From: an uncultured Nitrososphaeraceae archaeon
GTDB lineage: Archaea > Thermoproteota > Nitrososphaeria > Nitrososphaerales > Nitrososphaeraceae
Assembly (NCBI GenBank): GCA_963779615.1
Contig: CAVZZA010000001.1
Coordinates: forward strand, 64,001 to 128,000
DNA length: 64,000 nt
Reading direction: 5' to 3'
The notes under the pieces were generated by a model. That model had not been told where the DNA came from and searched no databases. It saw only the letters and a program-made list of their open reading frames with translations. Positions 19,761 through 30,709 of the stretch are shown piece by piece. Position numbers and translations under genes: made by a program. The number at the start of each line of letters is the position of its first letter. The first letter of the stretch is position 1.

Positions 19761-20416
19761 ATGCTTTTATCCTTATTTATTTTGAAAATAAGTTTTATCA
19801 CATATTTTGAGTATGACAATAACCTTCACAGTACAAGACTGGTGAAAAAGCCAAAATATTTTTTATGATTTAATTGTATTAATAAATGACCTTTTCATTT
19901 TGTTTTCTTTCTTATAAGAATATCTTTAAGTTTTGTTTTGCCCTTATACACTCCAAACAAGACTTGCTGCCTTCAACAAGACTTGATTTTAATTTTTCAA
20001 TGTGCGTATTTGATCACCCATATCCTATTGACATGATAAAAAAATCTTTCTTTAATTTATTATGAAAGTTTTGCATATTACTTTAATGCCAACAGCAGAT
20101 GCTAATTCATTTAAAATAAAGGAGTTAAACAGACATATCTACAAGTATTAAGGTTGCCGAACTTTTTTGGGCAGCGCCTTTCCATCCCTATTAAGGATTT
20201 CACTACTATCAAATATTGTAGAATATCAGTCTTAATGGCGAATAACTACCCTAAATTACTTACAGCCCCATTAGTGAATTTTTTTATCATGAAGACAGAG
20301 CACAGTGATTATTCTTTTTATGATCAAAAAGGATTTCATTAATACGCAATTTTTAGTGATTTAACTATAGATACCAAATCAATTATCTATATCCATGTAA
20401 TATGATATTAGAGGGC

Positions 20417-20479
20417 ACGGCCATTTGACGGCCATTTGACGGCCATTTGACGGCCATTTGACGGCCATTTGACGGCCAT
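20417..20479. repeat. Tandem repeat (ACGGCCATTTG) x5.7
   Basis: Five perfect 11-bp units plus ACGGCCAT, with no spacers. Confidence 0.95.
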
Positions 20480-20550
20480 GCAAATTATTGAATTCCAGAA
20501 TGTAATTGTCAATATAGAGGTTTTACTAACGAGTATTTGGAGATCTACAC

Positions 20551-20796
20551 TTAATCTACTCTGTACAAAGTTAGATCTTCACTTGACAAAGTAAACCACA
20601 ATGTATTTCCATCAAATCTTTGAACATATTTTTTTGGTATGTAAAATCGCTCCTTAGTCAAAGTTCCCTTTTGTGTGGTAATGCTTTCTTTGTCTACATG
20701 TTGTATTTCTCCAAGATCTATATCATTATAGCCTCTTGCTTCTTTTTTTATAACATCACTCCAATTAATATTTGACCCATGATCATTATTTTCCAT
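20551..20796 (-). CDS. Small PRC-barrel/DUF2171-like protein
   Basis: W.DVIKKEARG..D.DLGE...FYIPK..V..FDG..LWF pattern, common in Nitrososphaerales. Confidence 0.7.
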   Translation of the reverse strand: MENNDHGSNINWSDVIKKEARGYNDIDLGEIQHVDKESITTQKGTLTKERFYIPKKYVQRFDGNTLWFTLSSEDLTLYRVD

Positions 20797-21586
20797 GATA
20801 TAATATATTCAGCATATATTATATCTATAATGAAAATAATTTGCATAAGAATGATACATTTATTATAAAATATGTATTTTCTCTCATAAAGAATTAAAAA
20901 CGCAGATTTCTACCAGAATAAAATAACTAATCCAACATAATATACGGTGTTTTATTTAACGTTATAACGATAAGATGATAAAAAAATCCATATTTAGATA
21001 TTGATTTTAAATACGAATGATATAAGAAAGAATTCATTTATTTTCCAACTCAACAGTTTACTCAATATATGTTCTTTTTTTGATTATATCACTTTTAAAA
21101 ATCCCCATAACACACAACATAATGTCATACATTCATGGTGTTATCCTCAATACATTTTTTGAAACTTTTTTCACACTATTAATTTTATTGCATTTTCATA
21201 GCCCCATAAAAGACCCGGCATCATTTTCACATTTCCGTTCTACCAATGGTTTTCTTGAAAATATCGGTTAAATAAATTGGTGTATTAATACTGGTCACAT
21301 TTATTTGGTTATTTTGTATTTTAGGGTTGACATCAAGCATTTGATTTAATTGTTCATATTATTGTTGAAAAAGTCATATCAATATTTAAGTTATTGTCAC
21401 TCTATACCAATAATTTCAGTTCGTGGCAAATAATAATATCTCCAAATCTCAATATTAAAGCAATCCATATCCATCACAATAAAACCCTCCCTCGGATAAT
21501 GAGATCGTCAAAAAAATTATAATAAAGATAAAGATTAAATAAATTTTGATAAAATTTTTTCAATATGTAAATAAATATAAGAATAA

Positions 21587-21847
21587 TTAAATTACTTCTA
21601 TAGAGTCTTTTTGAAAGCCCTTTGATAAAAGAAATTCGGTTACTTTAGATCTATGATCACCCTGTAATACAATTATTCCATTTTTGGATGTACCACCTGT
21701 ACCTATAGATTTTTTCAATTCATGGGCGGTGGAATCGATCTGCTCCATATTAGTAAAGCCTTTAATAGTTGTTACACGTTTACCCCGTTTAATTACATCT
21801 AGTTGAACAATTATTTTAATTTCATCTTCATCTAATTTCTTTAGCAT
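21587..21847 (-). CDS. sui1: Translation initiation factor SUI1/aIF1 homologue
   Basis: GKRVTTIKG, LKK..GTGGT.K.G.I.LQGDHR. Confidence 0.93.
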   Translation of the reverse strand: MLKKLDEDEIKIIVQLDVIKRGKRVTTIKGFTNMEQIDSTAHELKKSIGTGGTSKNGIIVLQGDHRSKVTEFLLSKGFQKDSIEVI

Positions 21848-21937
21848 GTCGCCAAAGGAGTTCTCATCCTCATAATTTTTTTCTAATATACTTATAGTAA
21901 AATACTAAAGCTATATAAATTATTATTTATAAAAATC

Positions 21938-22615
21938 GGTGCTGTTAACTTAAGCGTATATTACCTTCTTGTTGTGCATTCTTACAAACAGGTTGAGCCT
22001 TTTCGACATGGTGAAGGCTGCATCCTGCTTTCCTGCATGGAAAACAGTCGTCAAACCCTTCTGTCCTGTCCTTGATGCACTGCATGGTTCTTTCAATCAG
22101 GCTTTTCTCAAAAGGGGAATGGATATGGTGATTTAGATGCAGGAACCGGCATGCCTGAGGATACCATGCGCCTCCGTCCGTTGAAACCGGATGCTTTCCG
22201 TGAGCCTTGACCAGGCCAAAGATAAACCTTTCCGCAACAAGCATGTTTCTCTCTTTGGATATGGCCAGTGCGAGAATCCGCCGGTCTTTTGGCTCGATGG
22301 CAACCCAAAGCCAAACAAGCTCCGAACCTGTCTTGATAAGGGCCTCATCCACAACATACTCTGAAATCCTTTTCCTTGATCCCGTCTTTCTTCCCGGTCT
22401 GTATTTCTGAATCCACTTCCATACCGCAACGTGGCTTCTCTTGACAATGTGTAGGCAAGACAACGCCCTGGCGACGACGTTTCTCAATGACAGGCCAAGA
22501 AAGCACGGATGACAAACCGTGGCCAATGTGTTCTGATGGAGTCCTGCTTCTCTTAATGGGCATACAGGAAATGGACATCCTCAAGCTACAGGATTTTCGT
22601 TAAGTTAACAGGGCC
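21938..22615 (-). mobile_element. IS6-family insertion sequence (678 bp) with TIRs and an 8-bp TSD; frameshifted DDE transposase
   Basis: TIRs GGTGCTGTTAACTTA / GGCCCTGTTAACTTA (13/15). Direct repeat TAAAAATC at 21930-21937 and 22616-22623. DDE motifs VDEA, TDG, IER. N-terminus (RSRTPSEHIG) is in another frame. Confidence 0.95.
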
Positions 22616-22751
22616 TAAAAATCATTTTAACATTATTATAATAATATCGCATAAAACCAATAAGCGTATTATTTAATACAATTAGAAGTTGTCAAGTAAA
22701 CAGAGCCAGCATAAAACAAAACATTATGCCGTTAAAGAATTGGAATAGTTA

Positions 22752-23717
22752 TTAGGATGTACGGATGTTCTCAATATCTTTTTTAGCCGAATCGCCTAAT
22801 CCAGTCTTTAGATTTTGCAAATAAGCAACAGTTGCACCCAGATTCCCAAAACCCATAGAATTCAACGTTTCGGATGGAATCATTATTATAGTATTTTCGT
22901 GGATTTTCATTGTTTCATATAGCATATTGGACATCCTTAATGCATATGCAACCGGATTATCAGAATATATCCTAGACGCATCAAGAAATTTTTGAGCTAC
23001 CAGTATTTCGGATTCCCCATAGGTTACTCGTGCTTGTTTTTCGCGTTCAGCTTGGGCTTGCATTGACATAGCTGATTCCAATTCTTGCGGTATTATCACC
23101 TGTCTAATTTCAACACCTGTTACCATTATTCCCCAATTATTAGACTCTTTTGCAATTAGGGATTTGATATGTTGGTTAATTTCTTCCCTCTTAGAAAGTA
23201 TTTCCTGAAACAATGAAGCGCCAATATTGTTACGTAATGTTGTTTGCGAAACCTGCTTTATCATCTCATTAAAATTTTCAACATTTAACAAAGCGTCATT
23301 AGCTCGCTCTTCAATTATTTTATATCTAAGAATTGCGTCAATCGTTACGGGTACATTGTCTTTTGTAAGCATTCTTTCTGCATTGAATTCTCTCACCCGT
23401 TCACGTATATCAATCACTAAAACATTATCTATAAGGGGAATTCTAACATGAATCCCAGGTATTACCCGCTTTTTAAAATTTCCTAATCTTAGTATTATCG
23501 CTCGTTCATATTGATTGATAATTATTAAAAAAGAAGAAATGATTAAAATGATACCAGCTATCAGTAATATATATAGTATCACTTCCATATGGGTAAATAA
23601 TTTTATCCATATTGAAATAATTAAAAGTAATACTCCAAATACTATTTGGATACCAGAACCTTTCTTAGTAATTACATCATTAGTAAATAAATTACTGATA
23701 TTTTTTGAAGCAGACAT
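22752..23717 (-). CDS. SPFH/Band 7 (stomatin-like) membrane protein
   Basis: QYERAIILRLG, LTKDNVPVTIDA, QTTLR..G, QAQAERE. Confidence 0.95.
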   Translation of the reverse strand: MSASKNISNLFTNDVITKKGSGIQIVFGVLLLIISIWIKLFTHMEVILYILLIAGIILIISSFLIIINQYERAIILRLGNFKKRVIPGIHVRIPLIDNVLVIDIRERVREFNAERMLTKDNVPVTIDAILRYKIIEERANDALLNVENFNEMIKQVSQTTLRNNIGASLFQEILSKREEINQHIKSLIAKESNNWGIMVTGVEIRQVIIPQELESAMSMQAQAEREKQARVTYGESEILVAQKFLDASRIYSDNPVAYALRMSNMLYETMKIHENTIIMIPSETLNSMGFGNLGATVAYLQNLKTGLGDSAKKDIENIRTS

Positions 23718-23990
23718 TTATATAATATCCCAAAACAAATAGAAAAACTTATCCAAATTGGATATTCATAGGGGGCTGAATTAAAAAAGAGTAGTTAATT
23801 AAAAAAATCTTTATGGGCATTACGTAATCATTATCTCATTATTATAATAGTCAACAAATATAGATTGAGCTAATTTATCACATATGCTTTAATCTACACC
23901 TTTTTTATTCTGCAATGAGGGCAATAGTCATCAAATCAGCAGCATTGAAGACCGTCTTTGATGCATTGTATTTATTTAATTACACACAAA

Positions 23991-24362
23991 TTAAGTTATT
24001 TGTATAGAAATAACGATAAATTTACCTTTTCTCAGAGTAAATAGAGATGCAAGTTTAGCTGTAATTCCATATTTTTTATTTCTCAAATTAACAATTCGTG
24101 CAAATTCCCTAAATTCTGCAAATTTAGCAGTCCCACGGACCCATTCCCCCTTTGATCCACCTCTAAAACCACAAGGCATAATCCTTACATTCGGATTATT
24201 CTTCAACCGTTTAACCTTTCCTGTAGAAGATCGTGTTACAACAAAAATTAAATTATTTTCAATTACAAACCAAACGGGTGTTGAAATAGATTTCCCATTT
24301 TTTTTATAGGTTTCAAGATTTATGTATTTATAATCATCAAATTGATGAACATCTACTGACAC
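23991..24362 (-). CDS. PPOX-class probable F420-dependent oxidoreductase (Rv2061-like)
   Basis: YINLETYKKNG..STPVW, TGKVKRLKNNPNV..PC..RG, KKYG. Confidence 0.9.
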   Translation of the reverse strand: MSVDVHQFDDYKYINLETYKKNGKSISTPVWFVIENNLIFVVTRSSTGKVKRLKNNPNVRIMPCGFRGGSKGEWVRGTAKFAEFREFARIVNLRNKKYGITAKLASLFTLRKGKFIVISIQIT

Positions 24363-24637
24363 ACTAAATTTTAAATTTTAAAAGTTATAAAGAATTTGTA
24401 ACAACAGAGAGAAGACATCCAAAATTCAATACATTATCATCAATATACTTTAAAGATAATAAGGGCTTTCTTCTTGCCTTTTAAGACAGCATATCAATTC
24501 ATTTTATAATTTACACAAAATTCCTCTTAAAACCACCAAACGCCTATTACAGATTCCATAATTTACGCATTTTTATTATAAAAATAACATCGTTAATTTG
24601 ACTACAAATTATTATAATATGTTATTGAATATTAAAT

Positions 24638-24832
24638 ATGAGCGAAAATAATTTTAACGGTAAAAAAAACAAGGAATTAGATCCGAATAGCAAAGAACGC
24701 AATCTACAGGAATATAACAGTAATGATAAAGATCATAATCCTGAAAATCAAAATGGACAGGATCAGTCTCAAAAACAAAAGCTACATGGGCACAAGGAGC
24801 ATGATCACAATGACACTTGCAATTGTGGTTAA
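24638..24832 (+). CDS. Small hydrophilic protein with a His/Cys-rich C-terminus
   Basis: 64 aa ending HGHKEHDHNDTCNCG; TATA-like element upstream. Confidence 0.55.
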   Translation: MSENNFNGKKNKELDPNSKERNLQEYNSNDKDHNPENQNGQDQSQKQKLHGHKEHDHNDTCNCG

Positions 24833-25077
24833 AAAACCAACCAATTTTCTGTAAAACCATTTATATCAAATACAGAAAATAAACAAAAAATTCATTGATT
24901 GTTATTGCATTACAAAAGGTATTTGAAGGAAGAAACAATCATAAAAGAAAATAAATGATTCGTTTACTTGCTGTGAAATTATCTTTAGCAAAAAGTAATT
25001 GTTACAATAGTGCCAAATCAATATAAATTACAGATAACGCAAATAATGGATACAATAAAACAGAAAAAGAAAAAAAA

Positions 25078-25266
25078 CTATTTTATAGCATTTTTTACTT
25101 TTTCATATAATTCCGGGGGTATCTCCTCAAAATTATGAACATTTTTAGCATGCTCCTTTATTTTATTCAAAAGATCCTCATTATTTTCGGCAGAGGCAGA
25201 CCAATTACAATTTACGCCTGCATCAGAACATGTAAAACTTTTTTCCATAAGTCCTAATCCTAACAA
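25078..25266 (-). CDS. DUF1059 small metal-binding protein
   Basis: F.C.D.G..C.W...A....L...I.EHAK.VH. Likely start is the ATG at 25248. Confidence 0.88.
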   Translation of the reverse strand: MLGLGLMEKSFTCSDAGVNCNWSASAENNEDLLNKIKEHAKNVHNFEEIPPELYEKVKNAIK

Positions 25267-25363
25267 TAGTATTTAAGTAATTATTCACATTGAAAAAACA
25301 TAGAGGATCTTTTACCATAATCTATACTAATATATACACATATTTTGATAAAAATACATATAC

Positions 25364-26677
25364 ATGTCTCCTTTTAGTTTTTTTAAAAAAAAAGATAAAG
25401 ATATTTCTAAAATCAATACCAAGGTATTTAACAGATCTAACTCATCATCCCAATCTGACGATATAATTACCATTGATTTTGCATTGGAAGAAATAAACAA
25501 AAAGGAAGTGAATATTATAAAAAATCAATTAGAAAAATTAAGAAAGACATGTGAGGAAACAATACAATCTTACGAGATTATCAACAATATAGCAGAAAAC
25601 CTTGAAATAGAAGAAATTAATGCGGAAAACGATAAATTAACTCCCTTAGTCAATAATACAAAAAAAGTCATTGTAAAATCATTAAAACGCGAATCCTCAA
25701 ACGAGCTACAAATACCAGAATCATTTGAGGATTTAGTAAAGTTCAAGGAAACGATATTTTCATCCATTAACAGGTTTGGGGAAGTTACTAGTTCACATAG
25801 TACAGTAATAAACACATTCATGAAAAAGCACGCTAATAACCTACGCAGCGAGCTAAAAAGGATCACAGGGAAATCTGAAAAAATTAATGAGTATTATAAA
25901 TATATTTTAGAAGATAAAGAAATAATAGACGATTGCAAAAATAACTTGCTAGAGCTTTCAAACAAAATAAAAGAGATTAGCAACAATAACAATATACAAG
26001 ACTCATTAAATCAAAAAATAAAAGAAATAGAGAATGAAAACAATTTAAAAGAAAAAGAAATAAAACAATTAAGAGCTTTACCGTCATACAACAAAAGTTT
26101 AGATCTCTTAAAAGAGATAGAAAATTTGGAAAATGAAAAAGAAATACAGATACAAGGCATTTATGAAATTACACATCAGTTATCAAAAGCAGCCCACAAA
26201 TACTCATACGGTACTTCAAAAGGGACAAAAGAGATAATAAATATCATAATAAAAGACCCTGTCAAAATAGTGAACGAAACAGATATTTCTCCTTATGTGG
26301 CATTTTTAAATAATCTAAAAGAATCAATAATCTCCAATAAAATACTATTAAAAGATTCAAACAAGGTTATACAGAATTGCGAAAAAATGATCGAAGCATT
26401 ACCAAGATTTAAAGTTGAAACAAAAGAAATCATTTCCAAAATAAAATACCTAAAAGAACACAACAAAAATTCACCCTTAGAAAAAACCAAAAAAATTGAA
26501 GATACAGTAAATGAAAATAAAAAAATAATACATGATGAAAATTTAAGGAGGGAAGAAATTAGGAGGGAAGAAATACAGGAAGAGGATAGACTAAAACAAT
26601 TAACCAATAAAATAGAAGAGCAGTTGTTTCTCATTTGCAAAAAAAAGTATAAAATAGACTCTACACAAATACAATAA
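25364..26677 (+). CDS. Conserved thaumarchaeal coiled-coil protein of unknown function
   Basis: 437 aa rich in K/E/N with heptads; no P-loop seen. Confidence 0.8.
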   Translation: MSPFSFFKKKDKDISKINTKVFNRSNSSSQSDDIITIDFALEEINKKEVNIIKNQLEKLRKTCEETIQSYEIINNIAENLEIEEINAENDKLTPLVNNTKKVIVKSLKRESSNELQIPESFEDLVKFKETIFSSINRFGEVTSSHSTVINTFMKKHANNLRSELKRITGKSEKINEYYKYILEDKEIIDDCKNNLLELSNKIKEISNNNNIQDSLNQKIKEIENENNLKEKEIKQLRALPSYNKSLDLLKEIENLENEKEIQIQGIYEITHQLSKAAHKYSYGTSKGTKEIINIIIKDPVKIVNETDISPYVAFLNNLKESIISNKILLKDSNKVIQNCEKMIEALPRFKVETKEIISKIKYLKEHNKNSPLEKTKKIEDTVNENKKIIHDENLRREEIRREEIQEEDRLKQLTNKIEEQLFLICKKKYKIDSTQIQ

Positions 26678-26772
26678 AAATTCTGAAACGCCCCCCAATA
26701 AAATAGAAGAACCCAGAAGAATAACAACATAAAAGGAATTGGCTTCCCAATTCAATTACAAAATTCTCAATG

Positions 26773-27324
26773 TTAGGTCCTTGTTAACCTATTTATTATT
26801 TCTTCATGGCAGGGAAATAATTTTTTTAATTTATTTCTCACACCCAATTCAAAATCTCTAAAGTCAAACCCTGGAGAAACAGAACAACCAACAAGAGAAT
26901 AGGAAGACTTGTCATTGATCTCTGCACCAAACCATGTGTTACCCTTTATAACACATTGAATGTTTTCATTTTTGTCCAGATCATTTCCTAATTGTATATT
27001 CAAAAGTTTACCACTGTCAGTCAATACATACAAACTAACTGAACTCCCCTTGTAAAAATGCCAAATTTCATCATATTTAACTCTATGAAATGCAGAAAAC
27101 TGATCGCCATCTAAAAGATAATAAATCAAAGTAAAGATAGAACGAAGATCAGGTGATTCGTTGTCAAGTTTTGGACTATAAACAATATCTTGTGGACTTT
27201 TATCATTATGAATATTAATTGAAATATGTTGAGAGGACCTATATGTTTCTCGATAATAACCCCCTTCTTCAATAAGTTTTACCAAATTCAATTTATTAAT
27301 TATATATTCTGATTCTCGATGCAT
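26773..27324 (-). CDS. Cupin_5 (DUF985) protein
   Basis: EGGYYRETYRS, IYYLL, SAFHRV..DEIWHFY.G, C.VSPGFDF.DF. Confidence 0.93.
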   Translation of the reverse strand: MHRESEYIINKLNLVKLIEEGGYYRETYRSSQHISINIHNDKSPQDIVYSPKLDNESPDLRSIFTLIYYLLDGDQFSAFHRVKYDEIWHFYKGSSVSLYVLTDSGKLLNIQLGNDLDKNENIQCVIKGNTWFGAEINDKSSYSLVGCSVSPGFDFRDFELGVRNKLKKLFPCHEEIINRLTRT

Positions 27325-27383
27325 ATAAATAAAAAATATTTAAGAATTAAAAAGATATGTTTTAAAATCATTGAAAATAGTAA

Positions 27384-28528
27384 TTATTCCGTATATACGG
27401 TTTTCCCTTCTGCAATTGACATAATGGGATAACTAGCTAATGAAAAAGGATCTCCGTTCCAAACAACAAATGAAGATTTAAAGCCAAGCCTTATTTGGCC
27501 CAGATCATGGACTCCTATTATATCAGCATACTCCTTAGTGATTTTCGATATAGCTTCAGCCTTTGATAAACCAAACCGTAACAGGTGTCTTAATGAATAA
27601 AACATATTTCTTTGTAGAATAACAGGATGGTCACTCATTAACGCAAATTTTGCCTTAGCATCGATAAGAGATTTTACGTTTCGCCAACTTTCATGTTTTA
27701 AGATCCACCTTATAGGGAAAACAATCCAAAGGGCCATAGATTATTGATATATTATTCAAATTTAAAGACGAGAGAAAACATCTTTTCTGTAAACATCCAT
27801 GCAATGGTTTGCAATCGCATCTAATCCAAACTCCCTTACCATCTGTATTAACAACATTGCATCATCTTCTTTGTGCAAGTGTGCCATCACTTTGTATCTC
27901 TTTGAAAGAATATCTAAAAATATTTCAGATAAAGGATCAATCTCATTGATATCTTTTTTGTTTTTATTAATTAAATTTTGAAGTTTTTTGGCTTTAAATT
28001 ATCCCGAAGAACAGCCATAGCACACATCCTTGTTGAGGGCCTTTCGACTTTCCATTCAGTTGTACTTCTAGGGTTGAATCATAATGCCAATTTTATGCCG
28101 ATGTCCCTTACAAACGCTTTTTCGATATTTTTTTCAAAATTACGTAGGAATACCGCTTTACCCCCACAATATTTCCACTTCCAGGTAAAACTATAGAATA
28201 AAGAACACCATTTTCAACAGACTCGGTAAAAGACACATCGTCCATGTATATACTATGCAAGGCATTTATTAATGGGGAGATTGGATGCATGCGATCATTA
28301 GACTCATCCTCATCTGCAGATTCCCCTGCCCTCACCATTCCAATATGGCGGTGTAAGTCGATTAAAGCAAGAGTCGCTACCACATCCTCTGCAATGATTT
28401 CAACATCACTTTGTATCGGTTTTTCTGAATCAGTATAAGTGATTTTGTCATCCTCAAAGCCTACATAATAAGTATTTTTTCACTGATGCCATCAAACAAT
28501 TTCTTTGATTTAATTACCTTCACATCAT
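27384..28528 (-). pseudogene. Frameshifted amidohydrolase (imidazolonepropionase-like)
   Basis: Fragments in several frames: KKLFDG, LIDLHRHIG, VLPGSGN, SDHPV, VVWNGDPF. Confidence 0.85.
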
Positions 28529-28666
28529 TTCTAGTAATTGATTCAATAAATATTATGTAACATTTTATCCAAAATGCATTAACATTAAAAATATTTTAGT
28601 GACAACAATTCAAATTTAAAATCAACTATAAAGAAATAATGCAAAAAAAAGAAACAAAAAAATATA

Positions 28667-29716
28667 TTGCAAATAAAAGGTTGTACACAGTTGCCAAACA
28701 AGCAAAATCAAGTCTCTATTTCTTTAAGAATACCAACAGTAATTGTTTTTGTAAGCTTTCTGATTATTTTCACCATGATGTCAACAAACGCTCATGCACA
28801 AGTTTTACAAGGCAATAGTAGTCATGGCTTTTATATTCAAAATTATTCCACATATCAGGATTCAGATAAAAACAAAATAATAGTTGGATCTGTTGCTGGT
28901 CCTCACAATTTAACTTTGACGTCGCCTTTAGAAATAACAATAGGATTAAATGTTTATAACGATTCTTCTAAAAGATACGACATCATTAAGGAACAGCCAT
29001 TTAAAAGACTAACATATGATATTAATGAACCGGTACCCTTCAAGTTCACAATAAATCAAAGCAAATATCACATAAAATCAGACTCTGTTCCTTTTATATA
29101 TTACATTAAAAAGGCAGAAGTACAATCACCAAAAATCAACACATTTACATTAAAATACAACGAAGCCCTTTTAGGCCCATCTAAAGAATTGTATGGCACC
29201 GTTAAGAATACTGCCCCCAATACAATTAAAAACTTAACTTTATACGCAATAGTTCATGACAAAAACGGTGCTCAAGTGGATTCTGTCAAAACAAAAATCC
29301 CAATCATCAAATCACAAGATACTGTAAATTTCAGCTTTATACCTGACAAGGCCATAAAGGATCTCGTTCTCATCTACAGTTGTGTTGGAGGGGAGCTAGA
29401 AGATATAAATGCCTATCAATTAATTCACATATCGCATAATAAAACTCTACGCTACAAATTTTCTGGTTTTATGGAAATTAATTCATTAAACTATGACAAT
29501 AAAACAGATCAACTCAGCATAAAAGTAAATAATATCTACCCCATTTCCAGCTCCTTATCATTACAATTAATACCTGAGCAACAAAATCCCCTATCTATTA
29601 AAATAGATGGACATATTCTTGATTCAAAGATCTCAAATGGCAACAAAACAACCATTGTGGATTTGCTCATACCCCAAGGAGAACATGAAATTAATATTAA
29701 CAATATTAATAAATAA
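28667..29716 (+). CDS. Secreted/surface protein with an FxLYD-like domain
   Basis: Signal peptide ending AHA|Q; G.VKN......L.LYAIVHDKNG.QVD beta-sandwich motif. Confidence 0.7.
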   Translation: MQIKGCTQLPNKQNQVSISLRIPTVIVFVSFLIIFTMMSTNAHAQVLQGNSSHGFYIQNYSTYQDSDKNKIIVGSVAGPHNLTLTSPLEITIGLNVYNDSSKRYDIIKEQPFKRLTYDINEPVPFKFTINQSKYHIKSDSVPFIYYIKKAEVQSPKINTFTLKYNEALLGPSKELYGTVKNTAPNTIKNLTLYAIVHDKNGAQVDSVKTKIPIIKSQDTVNFSFIPDKAIKDLVLIYSCVGGELEDINAYQLIHISHNKTLRYKFSGFMEINSLNYDNKTDQLSIKVNNIYPISSSLSLQLIPEQQNPLSIKIDGHILDSKISNGNKTTIVDLLIPQGEHEININNINK

Positions 29717-30064
29717 CAATTATTTTTTTTCAATTACTTAATAACAAATATGGAATACAAAACAACCTTGATTTATTCTATTGTTTTTGTTTATTCCCAA
29801 TAGAAACAATAATGAAAACAACAAAGACAAATCAAACACGAACCAATATTAAAAAAAATTTTTGCATATCAGTAGGAAGTAGTTTTCAAAGGAACAACAA
29901 CAAAAAACCATAACGGTATTTTTCCTTGTCTTCAATGGAAAAATCCATTAATTAAATGAAAATAATCTACCCTACATTCATTTAATTGAATTTTAATCCA
30001 CAGGAATAAATAAAATAAAATAAAATAAAAAGTTTATCTTTGATTCTTCATTACATACTTAAAA

Positions 30065-30526
30065 TTGAACAAGTTCAAAAAAATACTAGTTACCATTGAT
30101 GGGTCACCTCAATCGATGAAAGCTGTCGATTATGCAATAAATATTGCTAAAAAATATGAATCTGAACTTATTGCTTTACACGTTTTATATTCACAAATAG
30201 GGTTTGCTTTTTACACCGAAACTGCAACAGGTTTGATCACTCCAAATTCAATAAATGAACTAATAGAGCAGGCAAAAAAGGAAGCAGAGAAATGGTTTGA
30301 TGAAATTCAAGAAAAATGCAAGAATGCAAAATTGCAGGTCAAAACAGAAGCAGTCATTACCGCCATTTCAGTAGCTGAAGCAATAATCAGTTATTCTGAA
30401 AAAGAAAATATCGACCTCATAGTTATAGGTTCCAGAGGTAGATCGGCATTTAGAAAACTCATTTTAGGTAGTGCAGCATCAGGGATTATGACTTTTGCGC
30501 ATTGTCCTGTAATGGTAATAAAGTAA
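30065..30526 (+). CDS. Universal stress protein (UspA family)
   Basis: KILV.IDGS, DLIVIGSRGRS...LGS.A....AHCPVMVIK. Confidence 0.95.
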   Translation: MNKFKKILVTIDGSPQSMKAVDYAINIAKKYESELIALHVLYSQIGFAFYTETATGLITPNSINELIEQAKKEAEKWFDEIQEKCKNAKLQVKTEAVITAISVAEAIISYSEKENIDLIVIGSRGRSAFRKLILGSAASGIMTFAHCPVMVIK

Positions 30527-30709
30527 ATATAATTGATTTTTGTTAATCATATGTTTATCCATTAATTCCAATTTATTGTGTCTTTATACAAAATAATTAG
30601 TTTGAGATTAAGGATAAATCGTTGTTTGCCATATTTTTTAATATATTTCATTTTGATAAAAATATAAAATCCTTGTCACAACCTTCATAATTCTTCAATA
30701 GAATTTATC

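Noticed and set aside
20417-20479. Repeat array as a CRISPR
   Set aside because: Units are 11 bp and contiguous, with no spacers and no cas genes.
25364-26677. SMC/Rad50/SbcC ATPase
   Set aside because: Coiled-coil only; no Walker A/B, signature motif or zinc hook.
30005-30030. (TAAAA)n tract, and similar short tracts at about 60988 (TTTGAG x3) and 61340
   Set aside because: Low-complexity sequence expected in AT-rich intergenic DNA.
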